DNA of 63,614 nucleotides, taken from contig JAQBBQ010000210.1 of NCBI GenBank assembly GCA_032125995.1, positions 1-63,614 of the forward strand, written 5' to 3'. The DNA is from Betaproteobacteria bacterium (GTDB lineage: Bacteria; Pseudomonadota; Gammaproteobacteria; Burkholderiales; SG8-39). The position numbers were made by a program, and so were the translations under genes. The notes below the pieces were generated by a model that ran no database searches, was not told the DNA's origin, and saw nothing but the letters and a program-made list of their open reading frames with translations. Shown one piece after another: positions 47,975 to 57,930 of this stretch (position 1 is its first letter; each line of letters opens with the position of its first letter).

Positions 47975-50546
47975 GTGGCGCAAACTAGTGTGGCCCAATT
48001 CGCGAGCGAGTTGAAGGTACCGCCTTCGGTTCTCATTGAGCAGTTGCGCGCAGCCGGCGTGGACAAGCGCGTACCGGAAGACGCATTGAGCGAGCAGGAT
48101 AAATCCAGGCTGCTGGCCTACCTGAGACGTTCGCACGGTGCCGAGGAGCCGAAGACCAAGATCACGCTAACCCGCAAACATACGAGCGAAATCCGCAAGG
48201 CCGATGCGACCGGTAAAACGCGGACCGTGCAGGTCGAGGTCCGCAAGAAGCGCGTGTTTGTGAAACGCGATCCATTGGAAATTGCAGCCGCTGCGGTTGC
48301 GGCGGAAACGCCGGCAGCGCCCCAACCCGTCGCGACGCCTGCCCCGAGCTCCGGTGGCGTCGACGATAACCAACGCGAACTGCGACAAGCAGAGTCGGAT
48401 CGACACAAGCAGTTGGCCGATATTCAGGCTACCGAGCTGCATGAAAAGCAGCTGCGTGAGCGACGCGAGGCCGATCAACGGTCGCACGAACGCCAAGGGC
48501 AAACCGCACCGGCGCAGCCGCAGCCGCAGCCGCAGGCTGCAGTGCCCCCGACTGAAGGCACGTTGCATGCGCCGAAGATTAAGAGCGAAGAGTCGAAGGG
48601 CGAACGCAAAGCCAAGAAATCGAGGCCGGCCACCGTGATGCGCGACGACTCTGCGCGTCGACGCACGATGAAGACTCGGGGTGACATGGGGGGCGGTGTT
48701 GGGGGCTGGCATACGCGCGGCCTGGGTCGGCATCGTTCGACGCCCGCCAACGGCGACTCCACGACGTTCACCGCGCCGACCGAGCCCGTGGTGCGGGAGG
48801 TGGCCGTGCCCGAGACCATCACCGTGGGCGAGCTGGCACACAAAATGGCCGTCAAAGCGGCCGAGGTCATCAAGGCGATGATGAAGCTCGGCACGATGGC
48901 GACGATCAATCAGGTCCTCGACCAAGAGACGGCGATGATCGTGGTCGAAGACATGGGGCACAAGGCGAAACCCGCCAAGCTTGAGGATCCCGAGGCCTAC
49001 CTGAGCGCAGTCGAGCCGCTGGTGGAGGTCGCGTTGCTGCCTCGCCCGCCCGTGGTCACGGTGATGGGGCACGTCGATCACGGTAAGACGTCGCTACTCG
49101 ATCACATTCGGCGCACCAAGGTTGCCGCCGGCGAGGCGGGTGGCATTACACAGCATATTGGGGCGTATCACGTCGAGACGCCGCGCGGGGTGGTGACGTT
49201 TCTTGATACGCCGGGCCACGAAGCGTTCACGGCGATGCGTGCGCGCGGGGCGCAGGTAACGGACCTGGTTATCCTGGTTGTCGCCGCCGACGACGGCGTG
49301 ATGCCACAGACGGTTGAAGCGATCAACCATGCGCGCGCCGCCGGCGTGCCGCTGGTGGTGGCGATCAACAAGATCGACAAGCCCGATGCAAATCCAGAGA
49401 AAGTAAAGCAGGCGTTGCTCAGCCACGGCGTGGTGCCCGAGGACCTCGGCGGCGATACCCCCTTCGTGCCTGTTTCGGCGAAAACGGGAGACGGCATCGA
49501 CTCACTGCTCGAGCACGTCATCCTGCAGGCCGAGGTGCTCGAGCTGAAGGCAGCGGTGGATGCGCCGGCGAAAGGCGTCATCATCGAGGCGCGTCTAGAC
49601 AGGGGACGCGGCGCGGTTGCAACAATGCTGGTTCAGTCAGGCACCTTGCGCCGTGGTGACGTCGTGCTGAGCGGGGCCGTGTTCGGACGCCTGCGCGCCA
49701 TGGTCGACGAAAGCGGCCAAACGGTGCAGTCGGTGGGACCTTCGATTCCGGTGGAGATTCAAGGACTCTCCGGCGTTCCCGCCGCGGGCGACGTCGCGAC
49801 GGTGATCTCTGATGAACGCAAGGCGCGCGAAATCGCATTGTTTCGCCAAGGCAAATTCCGCGAGGTCAAACTGTCCAAACGCCACGCGACGAGTCTGGAG
49901 AATATTTTCGAGCACATGGGCGAGACCGGTGCGCGGGTACTCGCGATCGTGCTCAAGGCCGATGTCCAGGGCTCCCCAGGAGGCGCTCGCGCATGCGCTC
50001 TCGCGGCTCTCGACAGACGAAGTGAAGGTGAACATCGTGCATGCCGCCGTTGGCGGAATTACCGAGTCGGACATCAACCTCGCGTTGGCTTCGGGCGCCG
50101 TTGTCATCGGCTTCAATACGCGCGCCGACGCGGCGGCACGCAAGCTTGCCCAAAGTTCGGGCGTCCAGCTGCGCTACTACAACATCATTTATGAGGCCGT
50201 CGACGAGATCAAGGCGGCGTTATCCGGCATGTTGGCGCCCGAGCGCAAGGAGGAGATCCTCGGCTTGGTCGATGTGCGACAAGTGTTCAAGATCACCAAG
50301 GTCGGGGCGGTGGCCGGCTGCTATGTGCTCGAAGGGCAGGTGCGCCGTAGCGCCCAGCTGCGGGTGCTGCGCGACAACGTCGTCATCCATACCGGTGAGA
50401 TCGAGACGCTCAAACGATTCAAGGAGGATGTGCGCGAGGTCAAATCCGGTTTCGAGTGCGGCATCTCGATCGTCAACTTTTCTGACATCAAGGAAGGCGA
50501 TCAATTTGAGGTGTTCGATGTCACGGAGGTTGCGCGCAGCCTCTGA
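47975..50546 (+). pseudogene. infB: Translation initiation factor IF-2, interrupted as sequenced by a 1-nt insertion in a C4 run (49974..49977)
   Basis: Frame A (47975..50194) carries the N-terminal region and G domain ([25 protein letters not shown]) up to ...KADVQGS. Frame B (from about 49975 to 50546) continues [32 protein letters not shown]...RYYNIIY... to the normal C-terminus. Removing one C restores an 856-aa IF-2. Confidence 0.9.
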
Positions 50547-50591
50547 GGCTCGTGGGGAGGTTCTTCCCTGAGCCAAGGCTGCGCAAATTGA

Positions 50592-50966
50592 ATGGCACGG
50601 CGGCGGGTATCGCCTCGGCGCACGGACCGCCTGTCGAGGGTCAGCGAGCAGATACGGCGGGAACTGTCGGACATCCTCAGGCGCGAATTGCGCGATCCAC
50701 GCGTTGGCCGAGTGTCATTGACCGAGGTCGAGGTTTCGAAGGATTACGCACACGCCGTGGTGCTTTTCAGCTGTCTGGAGTCATCCCAGGTGCCCGAGGT
50801 GACCGCCGGGCTGCAACGCGCGTCAGGGTTTTTGCGCTCACAGCTTGCGCGGCGCGTGAAGCTTCACGCGACCCCGGTTCTACATTTCGTCTACGACGAG
50901 TCCATCGAGCGCGGCGACCGCCTGAGCCGATTGATCGACGGGCTGCACGGACCCACCGGTGGCTGA
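50592..50966 (+). CDS. rbfA: Ribosome-binding factor A
   Basis: 124 aa. RVSEQIRRELSDILRRELRDPRVG...VEVSKDYAHAVV. It is in the conserved position after infB. Confidence 0.92.
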   Translation: MARRRVSPRRTDRLSRVSEQIRRELSDILRRELRDPRVGRVSLTEVEVSKDYAHAVVLFSCLESSQVPEVTAGLQRASGFLRSQLARRVKLHATPVLHFVYDESIERGDRLSRLIDGLHGPTGG

Positions 50967-51915
50967 TGCCGATCGAGCGCAGGTCCGACGCTCGGTGGAC
51001 GGCGTTTTGCTTCTCGATAAGCCGCATGGACTGACCTCGAACGCAGCGCTGCAGGCGGTCAAGCGGCTTTTTCGCGCGCGCAAGGCAGGCCACGCGGGCA
51101 CGCTGGATCCGTTGGCCACGGGCCTGCTTCCGATCCTGTTTGGCGAGGCCACCAAGTTTGCGTTTCTGCTGCTTGATGCAGAAAAAGCGTACCTCGCGCG
51201 CATCGTGCTCGGATCAACGACCACGACCGGGGATGCCGAGGGTGCCATTGTCGAGCGGCGACCGGTTCGGGTTGCGGCGCAGGATGTGGAGCAGGTGCTC
51301 GCGCGTTTTCGCGGCGAGATCGAACAAGTGCCGCCCATGTATTCGGCGCTCAAGCACGAGGGCCGCCCGCTCTACGAATTCGCCCGCGCGGGTCAAACTC
51401 TTGAACGCAAGCCCAGACGCGTGCGGATCGAGGCCCTCGAGCGCGTCGACATGGACGGCGATTGGGTGGACATCCGGGTGCGCTGTAGCAAGGGCACGTA
51501 CATCCGCACGTTGGCGGAGGATATTGGCGCCGCCTTGGGGACCGGGGCACATCTGGGCGCGCTGCGACGCGTGGCGACGGCAGCGTGGCGCATCGAGCAG
51601 GCGTTTCCGCTCGAGCGTCTGCAGGCGATGGGCGATGCCGAGCGCGCGGCCTGTCTCCACCTCCCCGCGGTGCTGCTCGCCGATCTGCCTCGAATGATGC
51701 TCGCTGCGGCCGACGAGAATGGGTTTCGGCAGGGACGGGCCTGCGCGGGTCAGGGTCAGGGACCAGGCCGGTACGGGGTCTTTGATCGCGACGGCGGGTT
51801 GGTCGGGATCGGCGAAGTGGCCAGCGACGGGCGGTTACATCCGCGCCGTCTGCTGCGTGCCGCGGAATTCGTACAGTCTGCGCAACCGGCTGAAAAACAT
51901 CGAGAAACCTTGTGA
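50959..51915 (+). CDS. truB: tRNA pseudouridine(55) synthase
   Basis: [17 protein letters not shown]...[24 protein letters not shown] (catalytic Asp)...[19 protein letters not shown] start, with an 8-nt overlap with rbfA. Confidence 0.92.
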   Translation: MADADRAQVRRSVDGVLLLDKPHGLTSNAALQAVKRLFRARKAGHAGTLDPLATGLLPILFGEATKFAFLLLDAEKAYLARIVLGSTTTTGDAEGAIVERRPVRVAAQDVEQVLARFRGEIEQVPPMYSALKHEGRPLYEFARAGQTLERKPRRVRIEALERVDMDGDWVDIRVRCSKGTYIRTLAEDIGAALGTGAHLGALRRVATAAWRIEQAFPLERLQAMGDAERAACLHLPAVLLADLPRMMLAAADENGFRQGRACAGQGQGPGRYGVFDRDGGLVGIGEVASDGRLHPRRLLRAAEFVQSAQPAEKHRETL

Positions 51916-51939
51916 TCGGCAAGCGGCCTGGGGTAGAAT
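51910..51939 (+). promoter_or_regulatory. Putative rpsO promoter inside the truB 3' end
   Basis: TTGTGA-N18-TAGAAT, about 24 nt upstream of the rpsO ATG (RBS GGAGAA). Confidence 0.35.
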
Positions 51940-51962
51940 TCCGCTTTCCAGAAGGAGAACCC

Positions 51963-52232
51963 ATGGCATTGCAGGTTGCGCAAAAAGCGCAGATTGTCCA
52001 GCAGTACCAGCGGGCGGTGGCCGACACCGGTTCGCCCGAAGTCCAGGTTGCACTGCTCAGCGGAAATATTTCTGCGCTTAGCGAACACTTCAAGGCGCAC
52101 GTCAAGGATTTCCATTCGCGGCGCGGATTGCTTCGCATGGTGAGCCGGCGTCGCAAGCTGCTCGACTATTTGAAGCGTACCGACCCAGGAAAATACCGGA
52201 CGCTGATCGAGCAGTTGGGACTGCGCAAGTAG
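51963..52232 (+). CDS. rpsO: 30S ribosomal protein S15
   Basis: [33 protein letters not shown]...[20 protein letters not shown]. 89 aa from the ATG at 51963. Confidence 0.95.
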   Translation: MALQVAQKAQIVQQYQRAVADTGSPEVQVALLSGNISALSEHFKAHVKDFHSRRGLLRMVSRRRKLLDYLKRTDPGKYRTLIEQLGLRK

Positions 52233-52269
52233 TCGCGCAAGTACGCCGAACGCAATGTCAGGTCGCAGG

Positions 52270-52301
52270 GCGCTCATCTTGTGGATGAGCGCTTATTTTT
52301 T
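52270..52301 (+). terminator. Stem-loop/terminator between rpsO and pnp
   Basis: GCGCTCATC-TTGTG-GATGAGCGC followed by TTATTTTTT. This is the classic position of the rpsO attenuating terminator and pnp leader processing hairpin. Confidence 0.8.
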
Positions 52302-52368
52302 GTCCCGCAGGCCTTGAGGGCCGCGCGCGCTCGATCGCAGCGAGCGAATCGTTAGAGGAAACCAGGCT

Positions 52369-54486
52369 TTGGAACCGATCAAGAAAACGTTTACCTACGG
52401 CGCACACCAGGTCACCCTCGAGACGGGTGAGATCGCGCGCCAGGCGCATGGCGCAGTTGTCTGCGCAATGGACGATACGGTCGTGCTGGCAACAGTGGTC
52501 GCGAGAAAAGAAGCGCGCCCGGGGCAGGAATTCTTCCCGCTGACGGTCGACTATCAGGAAAAGACCTACGCCGCTGGCAAGATTCCCGGCGGTTTCTTCA
52601 AGCGCGAGGGCAGACCCACTGAAAAGGAGACGCTGACCTGCCGGCTCATCGACCGGCCGATTCGGCCGCTCTTTCCGGACGGCTTCTACAACGAAGTCCA
52701 GGTCATTGTCACCGTACTCTCGCTCGATCCAGAGATCGACTCCGACATTCCTGCGCTGATCGCGGCGTCGGCTGCGCTGACGCTTTCCGGGCTGCCATTC
52801 AATGGACCGATTGGCGCGTGCCGCGTCGGTTACCTGAACGGGGCGTACGTGCTGAACCCGACGGCCACCCAACTCAAGGAGTCTGCCCTCAACCTGGTGG
52901 TTGCCGGAACCGAACAGGGCGTTCTGATGGTGGAATCGGAGGCCCTCGAGCTTTCGGAAGACACCATGCTGGGTGCCGTTGTTTACGGTCATACCGAGAT
53001 GCAAAAAGCGATCCAGGCGATTCATGAGCTCGCCGAGGTCGCGGCCAAGCCCGCATGGGACTGGAAGCCGGCGCCAACGAACGAAGCGTTCAGCGCTCGC
53101 GTGTCGGCGCTTGCCGAAGCCGACCTGCGCGCGGCGTTCGAACTCAAGCAGAAGCAAGCACGCAATGCGCGCCTTTCTGAGATCCGCAAAGGGGTGTTGG
53201 CGATACTGCAGGAGGAAGCCCAGGCTGCGGGCTCTGTCGTCGACGCGCAGGGAGTCAAAGATCAGTTCTACGAACTCGAGGCAAAAATCGTCCGCGGCAA
53301 GATCTTGGACGGCGCGCCGAGGATTGATGGACGCGATACCCGCACGGTGCGACCGATCTCCGTTCGGGTGGGCGTTCTGCCGCGGACGCACGGCTCGGCA
53401 CTGTTCACGCGCGGCGAAACGCAGGCGCTGGTCACCGTAACGCTGGGGACGGGGCGCGACGAACAGATCATCGACGCGCTCGCAGGAGAGTACCGCGAGC
53501 GGTTCATGATGCACTACAACATGCCGCCTTACGCGACGGGTGAAACAGGTCGCGTAGGCTCGCCCAAACGGCGTGAGATTGGCCACGGCCGTCTGGCAAA
53601 GCGCGCTCTACTTGGAATGCTTCCGCCGGCGACCGAGTTCGGTTACTCCATGCGCGTGGTGTCCGAGGTGACCGAGTCGAACGGATCGTCGTCAATGGCA
53701 TCGGTCTGCGGCGCCAGCCTGGCATTGATGGATGCGGGTGTTCCCATCCGTGCCCATGTTGCCGGGATCGCCATGGGTTTGATCAAGGAAGGCAATCGGT
53801 TTGCGGTCCTGACTGACATCCTTGGCGACGAGGATCATCTGGGCGACATGGACTTCAAAGTGGCTGGCACCGGAAAAGGCGTGACCGCACTTCAGATGGA
53901 CCTCAAGATCGAGTCCATCACCAAAGAAATCATGCGGGTTGCTCTCGATCAGGCACGCGAAGGCCGGTTGCATATCCTCGACTCAATGGTGGGCTCCATC
54001 GAAGGCTCGCGTACCGAGCTTTCGACCTATGCGCCCCGCATCATCAAGGTCAAGATCAATCCGGACAAGATTCGCGACGTGATCGGCAAGGGCGGGGTTG
54101 TCATTCGCGGATTGCAGGAGGAGACCGGCACGACCATCGAGATCGAGGACGACGGCACGATAAGCATCGCCTGTGTTTCTGCCGAAGGCGGCGAGGCTGC
54201 GCGCAAGAAGATTCTGGAACTCACCGCCGATGTCGAAGTCGGTAACGTCTACGACGGCACGGTGCTGCGGCTGCTGGACTTTGGCGCGATCGTGCAAGTA
54301 TTGCCAGGGCGGGACGGCCTGCTGCATATTTCCCAGATCAGCAATGAGCGCGTAAACGCAGTCGCAGACCATCTGAAGGAAGGACAGGCCGTCAAGGTGA
54401 AGGTGCTGGAGGCGGACGACAAAGGGCGGGTTCGACTCTCTATGAAGGCGGTCAACCAGCCCGAAGCCACCGCCAAGCAAAGCTAA
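52369..54486 (+). CDS. pnp: Polyribonucleotide nucleotidyltransferase (PNPase)
   Basis: 705 aa with two RNase PH domains, then KH ([16 protein letters not shown]) and S1 ([18 protein letters not shown]). TTG start as tracked. Confidence 0.95.
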   Translation: MEPIKKTFTYGAHQVTLETGEIARQAHGAVVCAMDDTVVLATVVARKEARPGQEFFPLTVDYQEKTYAAGKIPGGFFKREGRPTEKETLTCRLIDRPIRPLFPDGFYNEVQVIVTVLSLDPEIDSDIPALIAASAALTLSGLPFNGPIGACRVGYLNGAYVLNPTATQLKESALNLVVAGTEQGVLMVESEALELSEDTMLGAVVYGHTEMQKAIQAIHELAEVAAKPAWDWKPAPTNEAFSARVSALAEADLRAAFELKQKQARNARLSEIRKGVLAILQEEAQAAGSVVDAQGVKDQFYELEAKIVRGKILDGAPRIDGRDTRTVRPISVRVGVLPRTHGSALFTRGETQALVTVTLGTGRDEQIIDALAGEYRERFMMHYNMPPYATGETGRVGSPKRREIGHGRLAKRALLGMLPPATEFGYSMRVVSEVTESNGSSSMASVCGASLALMDAGVPIRAHVAGIAMGLIKEGNRFAVLTDILGDEDHLGDMDFKVAGTGKGVTALQMDLKIESITKEIMRVALDQAREGRLHILDSMVGSIEGSRTELSTYAPRIIKVKINPDKIRDVIGKGGVVIRGLQEETGTTIEIEDDGTISIACVSAEGGEAARKKILELTADVEVGNVYDGTVLRLLDFGAIVQVLPGRDGLLHISQISNERVNAVADHLKEGQAVKVKVLEADDKGRVRLSMKAVNQPEATAKQS

Positions 54487-54509
54487 GCGCGACGCGAGGG
54501 CACGAATAG

Positions 54510-54540
54510 AAAGGGGCGCCTGCGGCGCCCCTTTTTTTTA
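54510..54540. terminator. Bidirectional rho-independent terminator between convergent pnp and dksA
   Basis: AAA-GGGGCGCC-TGC-GGCGCCCC-TTTTTTTT. It has an A-tract on one side and a T-tract on the other. Confidence 0.85.
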
Positions 54541-54556
54541 TCCCGCCCGCGCCTGC

Positions 54557-54985
54557 CTACTTGGCGACCTGGCGCTCCCGCATCTCGTCAAGCGTCTTGC
54601 AATCGATGCACAACGTTGCGGTGGGGCGCGCTTCCAAGCGCTTCAAACCGATTTCCACGCCGCAGCTTTCGCAATACCCGTACTCGTTGGCATCGATGCG
54701 AGCAATCGTTTCGTCGATTTTCTTGATCAGCTTGCGCTCGCGATCGCGGTTGCGCAATTCGAGCGCCATGTCGGACTCCTGGCTGGCCCGGTCGTTCGGA
54801 TCGGCAAACACCGTTGCCTCGTCCTGCATGGTATGGACGGTGCGGTCGATCTCCTCGGAAAGCTCCCCTTTGAGCTGTTCGAGGATCTTACGGAAGTGCG
54901 TGCGCTGCTTGGCGTTCATGTACTCCTCGCCCTTTTTCGCGACGTAGGTGGGTCCGCCACTCTTTTTGCTTAGCTGTGCCGCCAT
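54557..54985 (-). CDS. dksA: RNA polymerase-binding transcription factor DksA
   Basis: Coiled-coil with the DxxDxA acidic tip (DPNDRASQESD) and a C4 zinc finger CESCGVEIGLKRLEARPTATLCIDC. 142 aa. Confidence 0.93.
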   Translation of the reverse strand: MAAQLSKKSGGPTYVAKKGEEYMNAKQRTHFRKILEQLKGELSEEIDRTVHTMQDEATVFADPNDRASQESDMALELRNRDRERKLIKKIDETIARIDANEYGYCESCGVEIGLKRLEARPTATLCIDCKTLDEMRERQVAK

Positions 54986-55089
54986 GCTGATGTTGGCCTT
55001 GATTAGGAAAGGCGCTTTGTAGCAGAAACCCCCCTGCGCAGCAAGCGACGTTGGGGCGCAACGAAAGCTCTATTTTTCACGGACTTGCG

Positions 55090-55118
55090 TTGCCCTCGCT
55101 GGCAGGCGGGGGTATCAT
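55090..55118 (+). promoter_or_regulatory. Putative promoter of the tRNA cluster
   Basis: TTGCCC-N17-TATCAT followed by a GC-rich discriminator (TGGCGCCC), 14 nt before tRNA-Pro. Confidence 0.35.
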
Positions 55119-55131
55119 TGGCGCCCTTTCT

Positions 55132-55208
55132 CGGGGTGTGGCGCAGTCTGGTAGCGCGCTTGCTTTGGGAGCAAGATGTCGGGAGTTCGAATCTCTCCAC
55201 CCCGACCA
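55132..55208 (+). tRNA. tRNA-Pro (anticodon TGG)
   Basis: Acceptor CGGGGTG/CACCCCG, D arm GCGCAGTCTGGTAGCGC, anticodon loop TTTGGGA, T arm GGGAGTTCGAATCTCTC, encoded CCA. Confidence 0.92.
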
Positions 55209-55232
55209 GGTTTGGATCACGCTGCATCCGGG

Positions 55233-55309
55233 CTGCCCGTAGCTCAACCGGATAGAGCACCAGCCTTCTAAGCTGGGGGTTGTGGGTTCGAGTCCCGCCG
55301 GGCAGGCCA
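55233..55309 (+). tRNA. tRNA-Arg (anticodon TCT)
   Basis: Acceptor CTGCCCG/CGGGCAG (C1:G72), D arm GCTCAACCGGATAGAGC, anticodon loop CTTCTAA, T arm GTGGGTTCGAGTCCCGC, encoded CCA. Confidence 0.9.
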
Positions 55310-55402
55310 AGCCTGGTGTAACTGGCGTCGCTGGTGTAGCTGGTGTACTTGGCAGGGATTGGGCGGTCGCGCGGCACGCACGGTGTGCAGCGTTGCGTCA
55401 GT

Positions 55403-55478
55403 GGTGGCGGTAGCTCAAAGGTAGAGTCCCGGATTGTGATTCCGGTTGTTGCGGGTTCGAGTCCCGTCCGCCACCCCA
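55403..55478 (+). tRNA. tRNA-His (anticodon GTG)
   Basis: Extra G at position -1 followed by GTGGCGG/CCGCCAC, anticodon loop TTGTGAT, T arm GCGGGTTCGAGTCCCGT, discriminator C, encoded CCA. Confidence 0.92.
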
Positions 55479-55496
55479 TAGACGCCATTCCACTGC

Positions 55497-57008
55497 ATGC
55501 CGAGCGAGCGCGAAGTCAGACTGCGGATGCCTGCGCAACGATCGGCTGCGGCGCTGTGGCGCCTGCTGGACAGCAAGCCGCAACGGCACCGCGTCATTAC
55601 GACCTATCTCGACACCGAGAAAAGTCTGCTCGAACGCTCGCGTGCTGCGCTTCGTCTGCGACGGTTCGGGCGCCGCTGGCTGCAGTGCTTCAAGGCCGAA
55701 GCATCGGATGGCATGGCGTTCCTTGGCCGCCTTGAATGGGAGCGCCCGGCGCGCGGCGGACGCTTACGACCAGCGGCGTTCGCACTCGATGAGATTCGAT
55801 CGACCACGGGGTTCGATCTGGCGTCGATCCACGACCGCCTGCGACCCGTCTTCACGACACGATTTGTTCGACAGCAAATAGAACACCGAACCCCAAGCGG
55901 TCAGCGCATCGAAGTCGCGTTGGATCAAGGCAGTATTGAGGCAGGCAATCGCGTCGTTCCGCTGCGCGAGATCAAGTTCGAGCTTATCGAAGGCGATCTG
56001 GTGCCCATGCTGGAGCACGTTCGTGCGTTGATTCCTGAATTGCTGCTCGAGTTGGAGGTCCGCAGCAAGGCCGAGCGCGGCTACCAGCTTGCGGCTGGAG
56101 AACGTGCTGAACCGATCAAGGCACGCCGTCCGAGGCTAAACGCAGAGGACGACACGGGCACCGCGCTTGGGTCGGTCATTGGCGGCTGCGTATCGCAGAT
56201 CGCGGTCAATGTTCACGGTGTCGCAAATTCGCGCGACCCCGAGTACCTGCATCAGCTTCGCGTCGGATTGCGTCGTTTGAGATCCGGCATCCGAGTGTTC
56301 CGTGCCTGTGCCTCGGTGGAGGGCACGCAGACCTTGGTCGATGGCCTGCGTGCGCAACTGCCGGCACTTGGTGCTGCGCGGGACTGGGATGTCGTCACGG
56401 CAATGCTCGAGCGGTGCATCACGGGCGCCGCAGACGAGGGCGTCGAAGTGTCGCCGATTGTGCGCTGGGCACGCCGCCGGCGCGCAATCGCACGGCGCAA
56501 GGCGCGGTCCGTCGCGCGGTCGAGCGGATTCCAACAGCTGCTGCTCGATGTACTGATTTGGGTCGAGCGCGCGCGTGCGGAACCGACGCGCCCGAGCGCG
56601 GAAACGGAAGGTCCGCGACGGATCGGCGATCTCGCAAAGCAAAAAATTTCGAAGCTCGCCCGCAAGGCGGAACAGCTTGGCGATGCCAGCGCCTGGTCGG
56701 ACGCAACGGCGCGACACACGCTGCGCATACGCCTCAAGCGGCTGCGGTACCTGTGCGAGTTCTTCGCGGGCTGCTTCAAGCGCAAACGGTTGCGCCGCTA
56801 CCTCGAGCGCCTTGAGGCGCTGCAAGACACGCTCGGGGAACTGAACGACATCACGACCGCCCGACGCCTGCTGCAGACCTTGAACGCGCCGGATCGGGGA
56901 CTTCAGCTCGCATTTATCCGCGGCTGGCTCAGCGCCCGCGAGGACGCCTTGATTACCGAGCTGGACGCCGCCTGGGGTGCGTTCCGTCAACAGACGCTGC
57001 TGGGTTGA
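55497..57008 (+). CDS. CYTH + CHAD domain protein (triphosphate tunnel metalloenzyme with polyphosphate-associated CHAD domain)
   Basis: N-terminal ExExK-type start (SEREVRLRM) and a beta-tunnel region ending EIKFELIEGD. The C-terminal helical domain has HQLRVGLRRLRS and LRIRLKRLRYLCEFF, typical of CHAD. Confidence 0.82.
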   Translation: MPSEREVRLRMPAQRSAAALWRLLDSKPQRHRVITTYLDTEKSLLERSRAALRLRRFGRRWLQCFKAEASDGMAFLGRLEWERPARGGRLRPAAFALDEIRSTTGFDLASIHDRLRPVFTTRFVRQQIEHRTPSGQRIEVALDQGSIEAGNRVVPLREIKFELIEGDLVPMLEHVRALIPELLLELEVRSKAERGYQLAAGERAEPIKARRPRLNAEDDTGTALGSVIGGCVSQIAVNVHGVANSRDPEYLHQLRVGLRRLRSGIRVFRACASVEGTQTLVDGLRAQLPALGAARDWDVVTAMLERCITGAADEGVEVSPIVRWARRRRAIARRKARSVARSSGFQQLLLDVLIWVERARAEPTRPSAETEGPRRIGDLAKQKISKLARKAEQLGDASAWSDATARHTLRIRLKRLRYLCEFFAGCFKRKRLRRYLERLEALQDTLGELNDITTARRLLQTLNAPDRGLQLAFIRGWLSAREDALITELDAAWGAFRQQTLLG

Positions 57009-57906
57009 GCGGGATGGCCGCGCGCTCGAGGAGAAACACATGATCGGGTCCGGCGGAGGTTTCTGGCCAGACGAATGGACACCGCGGATAGGCGTGTTCT
57101 AGTGCGCGCCGGTTATGGCCGATCTCGCATAGCAGAATCCCCTGCCGCGTCAGGAAGCGTGGCGCCTGTTGGAGAATGCGATGAACCAGATCAAGCCCGC
57201 TTTCGCCCCCGGCAAGGGCGCGGCGCGGTTCGTAGCGGTATTCGGCCGGAAGCCGGGCCATGCTTGCGTTCGTAACGTAGGGCGGGTTGCACACAATCAG
57301 GTCATAGCGGTGGCGACCGAGCGCCTCGAACAGATCCGACCGGATCAGCTGGACCCGATGCTGCAGGCCGTACTGCGCAATATTGCGGCGTGCAACGGCT
57401 AATGCCCCGGACGACAGATCACTCGCATCGATTTTGGCGTGCGGATAGGCATGCGCAGTGAGGACGGCGAGACAGCCCGATCCGGTGCACAGATCGAGCG
57501 CACGTCGCACCCGCCGATGGACCCAGGGCGCGAGCTGCTCGCGTAGCAGCTCGGCGATGAACGAGCGCGGCACGATAACGCGACGATCGACCGTGAAGCG
57601 GTGTTCGCCAAGCCACGCCTCGCGCGTGAGGTAGGCGGCGGGCAGTCGCTCGTGAATCCGGCGCCGAACGAGGCTTTCGAGCCGGCGGGTCTGAGCGGGC
57701 GTCAAGCGTCGATCGGCGTGCTGGGCGAGCGGCTGGGGTGCAAGCCTGAGTACATGCAGGATCAGTACCGCAGCCTCGTCAGGTGCGTTGTGGGTGCCGT
57801 GCCCGTAGTGCAGGCGGGCCCGCCCGAGGTGCGTCACGGTGCTCCGAAAGACCTCCGCCACGGTGCGTCCCGGGTTCGCGCGCCGTTTGTTCACGCGATC
57901 ACCCAA
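56953..57906 (-). CDS. prmB: Ribosomal protein L3 glutamine N5-methyltransferase
   Basis: YGHGTHNAPDEA, FTVDRRVIVPRS, LDLCTGSGC (SAM), CNPPYV (NPPY). TTG start as tracked (a GTG at 57894 is possible). The 3' end overlaps the convergent CYTH-CHAD gene by 56 nt. Confidence 0.88.
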   Translation of the reverse strand: MGDRVNKRRANPGRTVAEVFRSTVTHLGRARLHYGHGTHNAPDEAAVLILHVLRLAPQPLAQHADRRLTPAQTRRLESLVRRRIHERLPAAYLTREAWLGEHRFTVDRRVIVPRSFIAELLREQLAPWVHRRVRRALDLCTGSGCLAVLTAHAYPHAKIDASDLSSGALAVARRNIAQYGLQHRVQLIRSDLFEALGRHRYDLIVCNPPYVTNASMARLPAEYRYEPRRALAGGESGLDLVHRILQQAPRFLTRQGILLCEIGHNRRALEHAYPRCPFVWPETSAGPDHVFLLERAAIPLNPAASVDGTHPRRRPAR

Positions 57907-57930
57907 TCACCCGATCACCCGATCACGCCA
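57891..57930. repeat. Tandem 8-mer x5 (consensus TCACCCGA; minus strand TCGGGTGA) spanning the dapE stop and prmB start
   Basis: TCACGCGA TCACCCAA TCACCCGA TCACCCGA TCACGCCA is read directly. It contains the dapE stop (57923..57925) and the prmB TTG (57904..57906). Confidence 0.9.

Noticed and set aside
49974-49977. Programmed ribosomal frameshift in infB
   Set aside because: There is no recognisable slippery heptamer, stimulatory stop codon, SD-like element or downstream structure. A one-base homopolymer error is the more parsimonious explanation for an essential gene.
55003-55597. ORFs 55003..55488 (-), 55051..55242 (+), 55077..55310 (-), 55343..55735 (+), 55398..55589 (-) and 55415..55597 (-)
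   Set aside because: They run through the three tRNA genes and their spacers, and no coding signal is present.
55132-57008. tRNA cluster as an integration hot-spot or genomic island boundary
   Set aside because: No integrase, no direct repeat of a tRNA 3' end and no compositional shift follow the tRNAs. The next genes are core (CYTH-CHAD, prmB, the dap genes).
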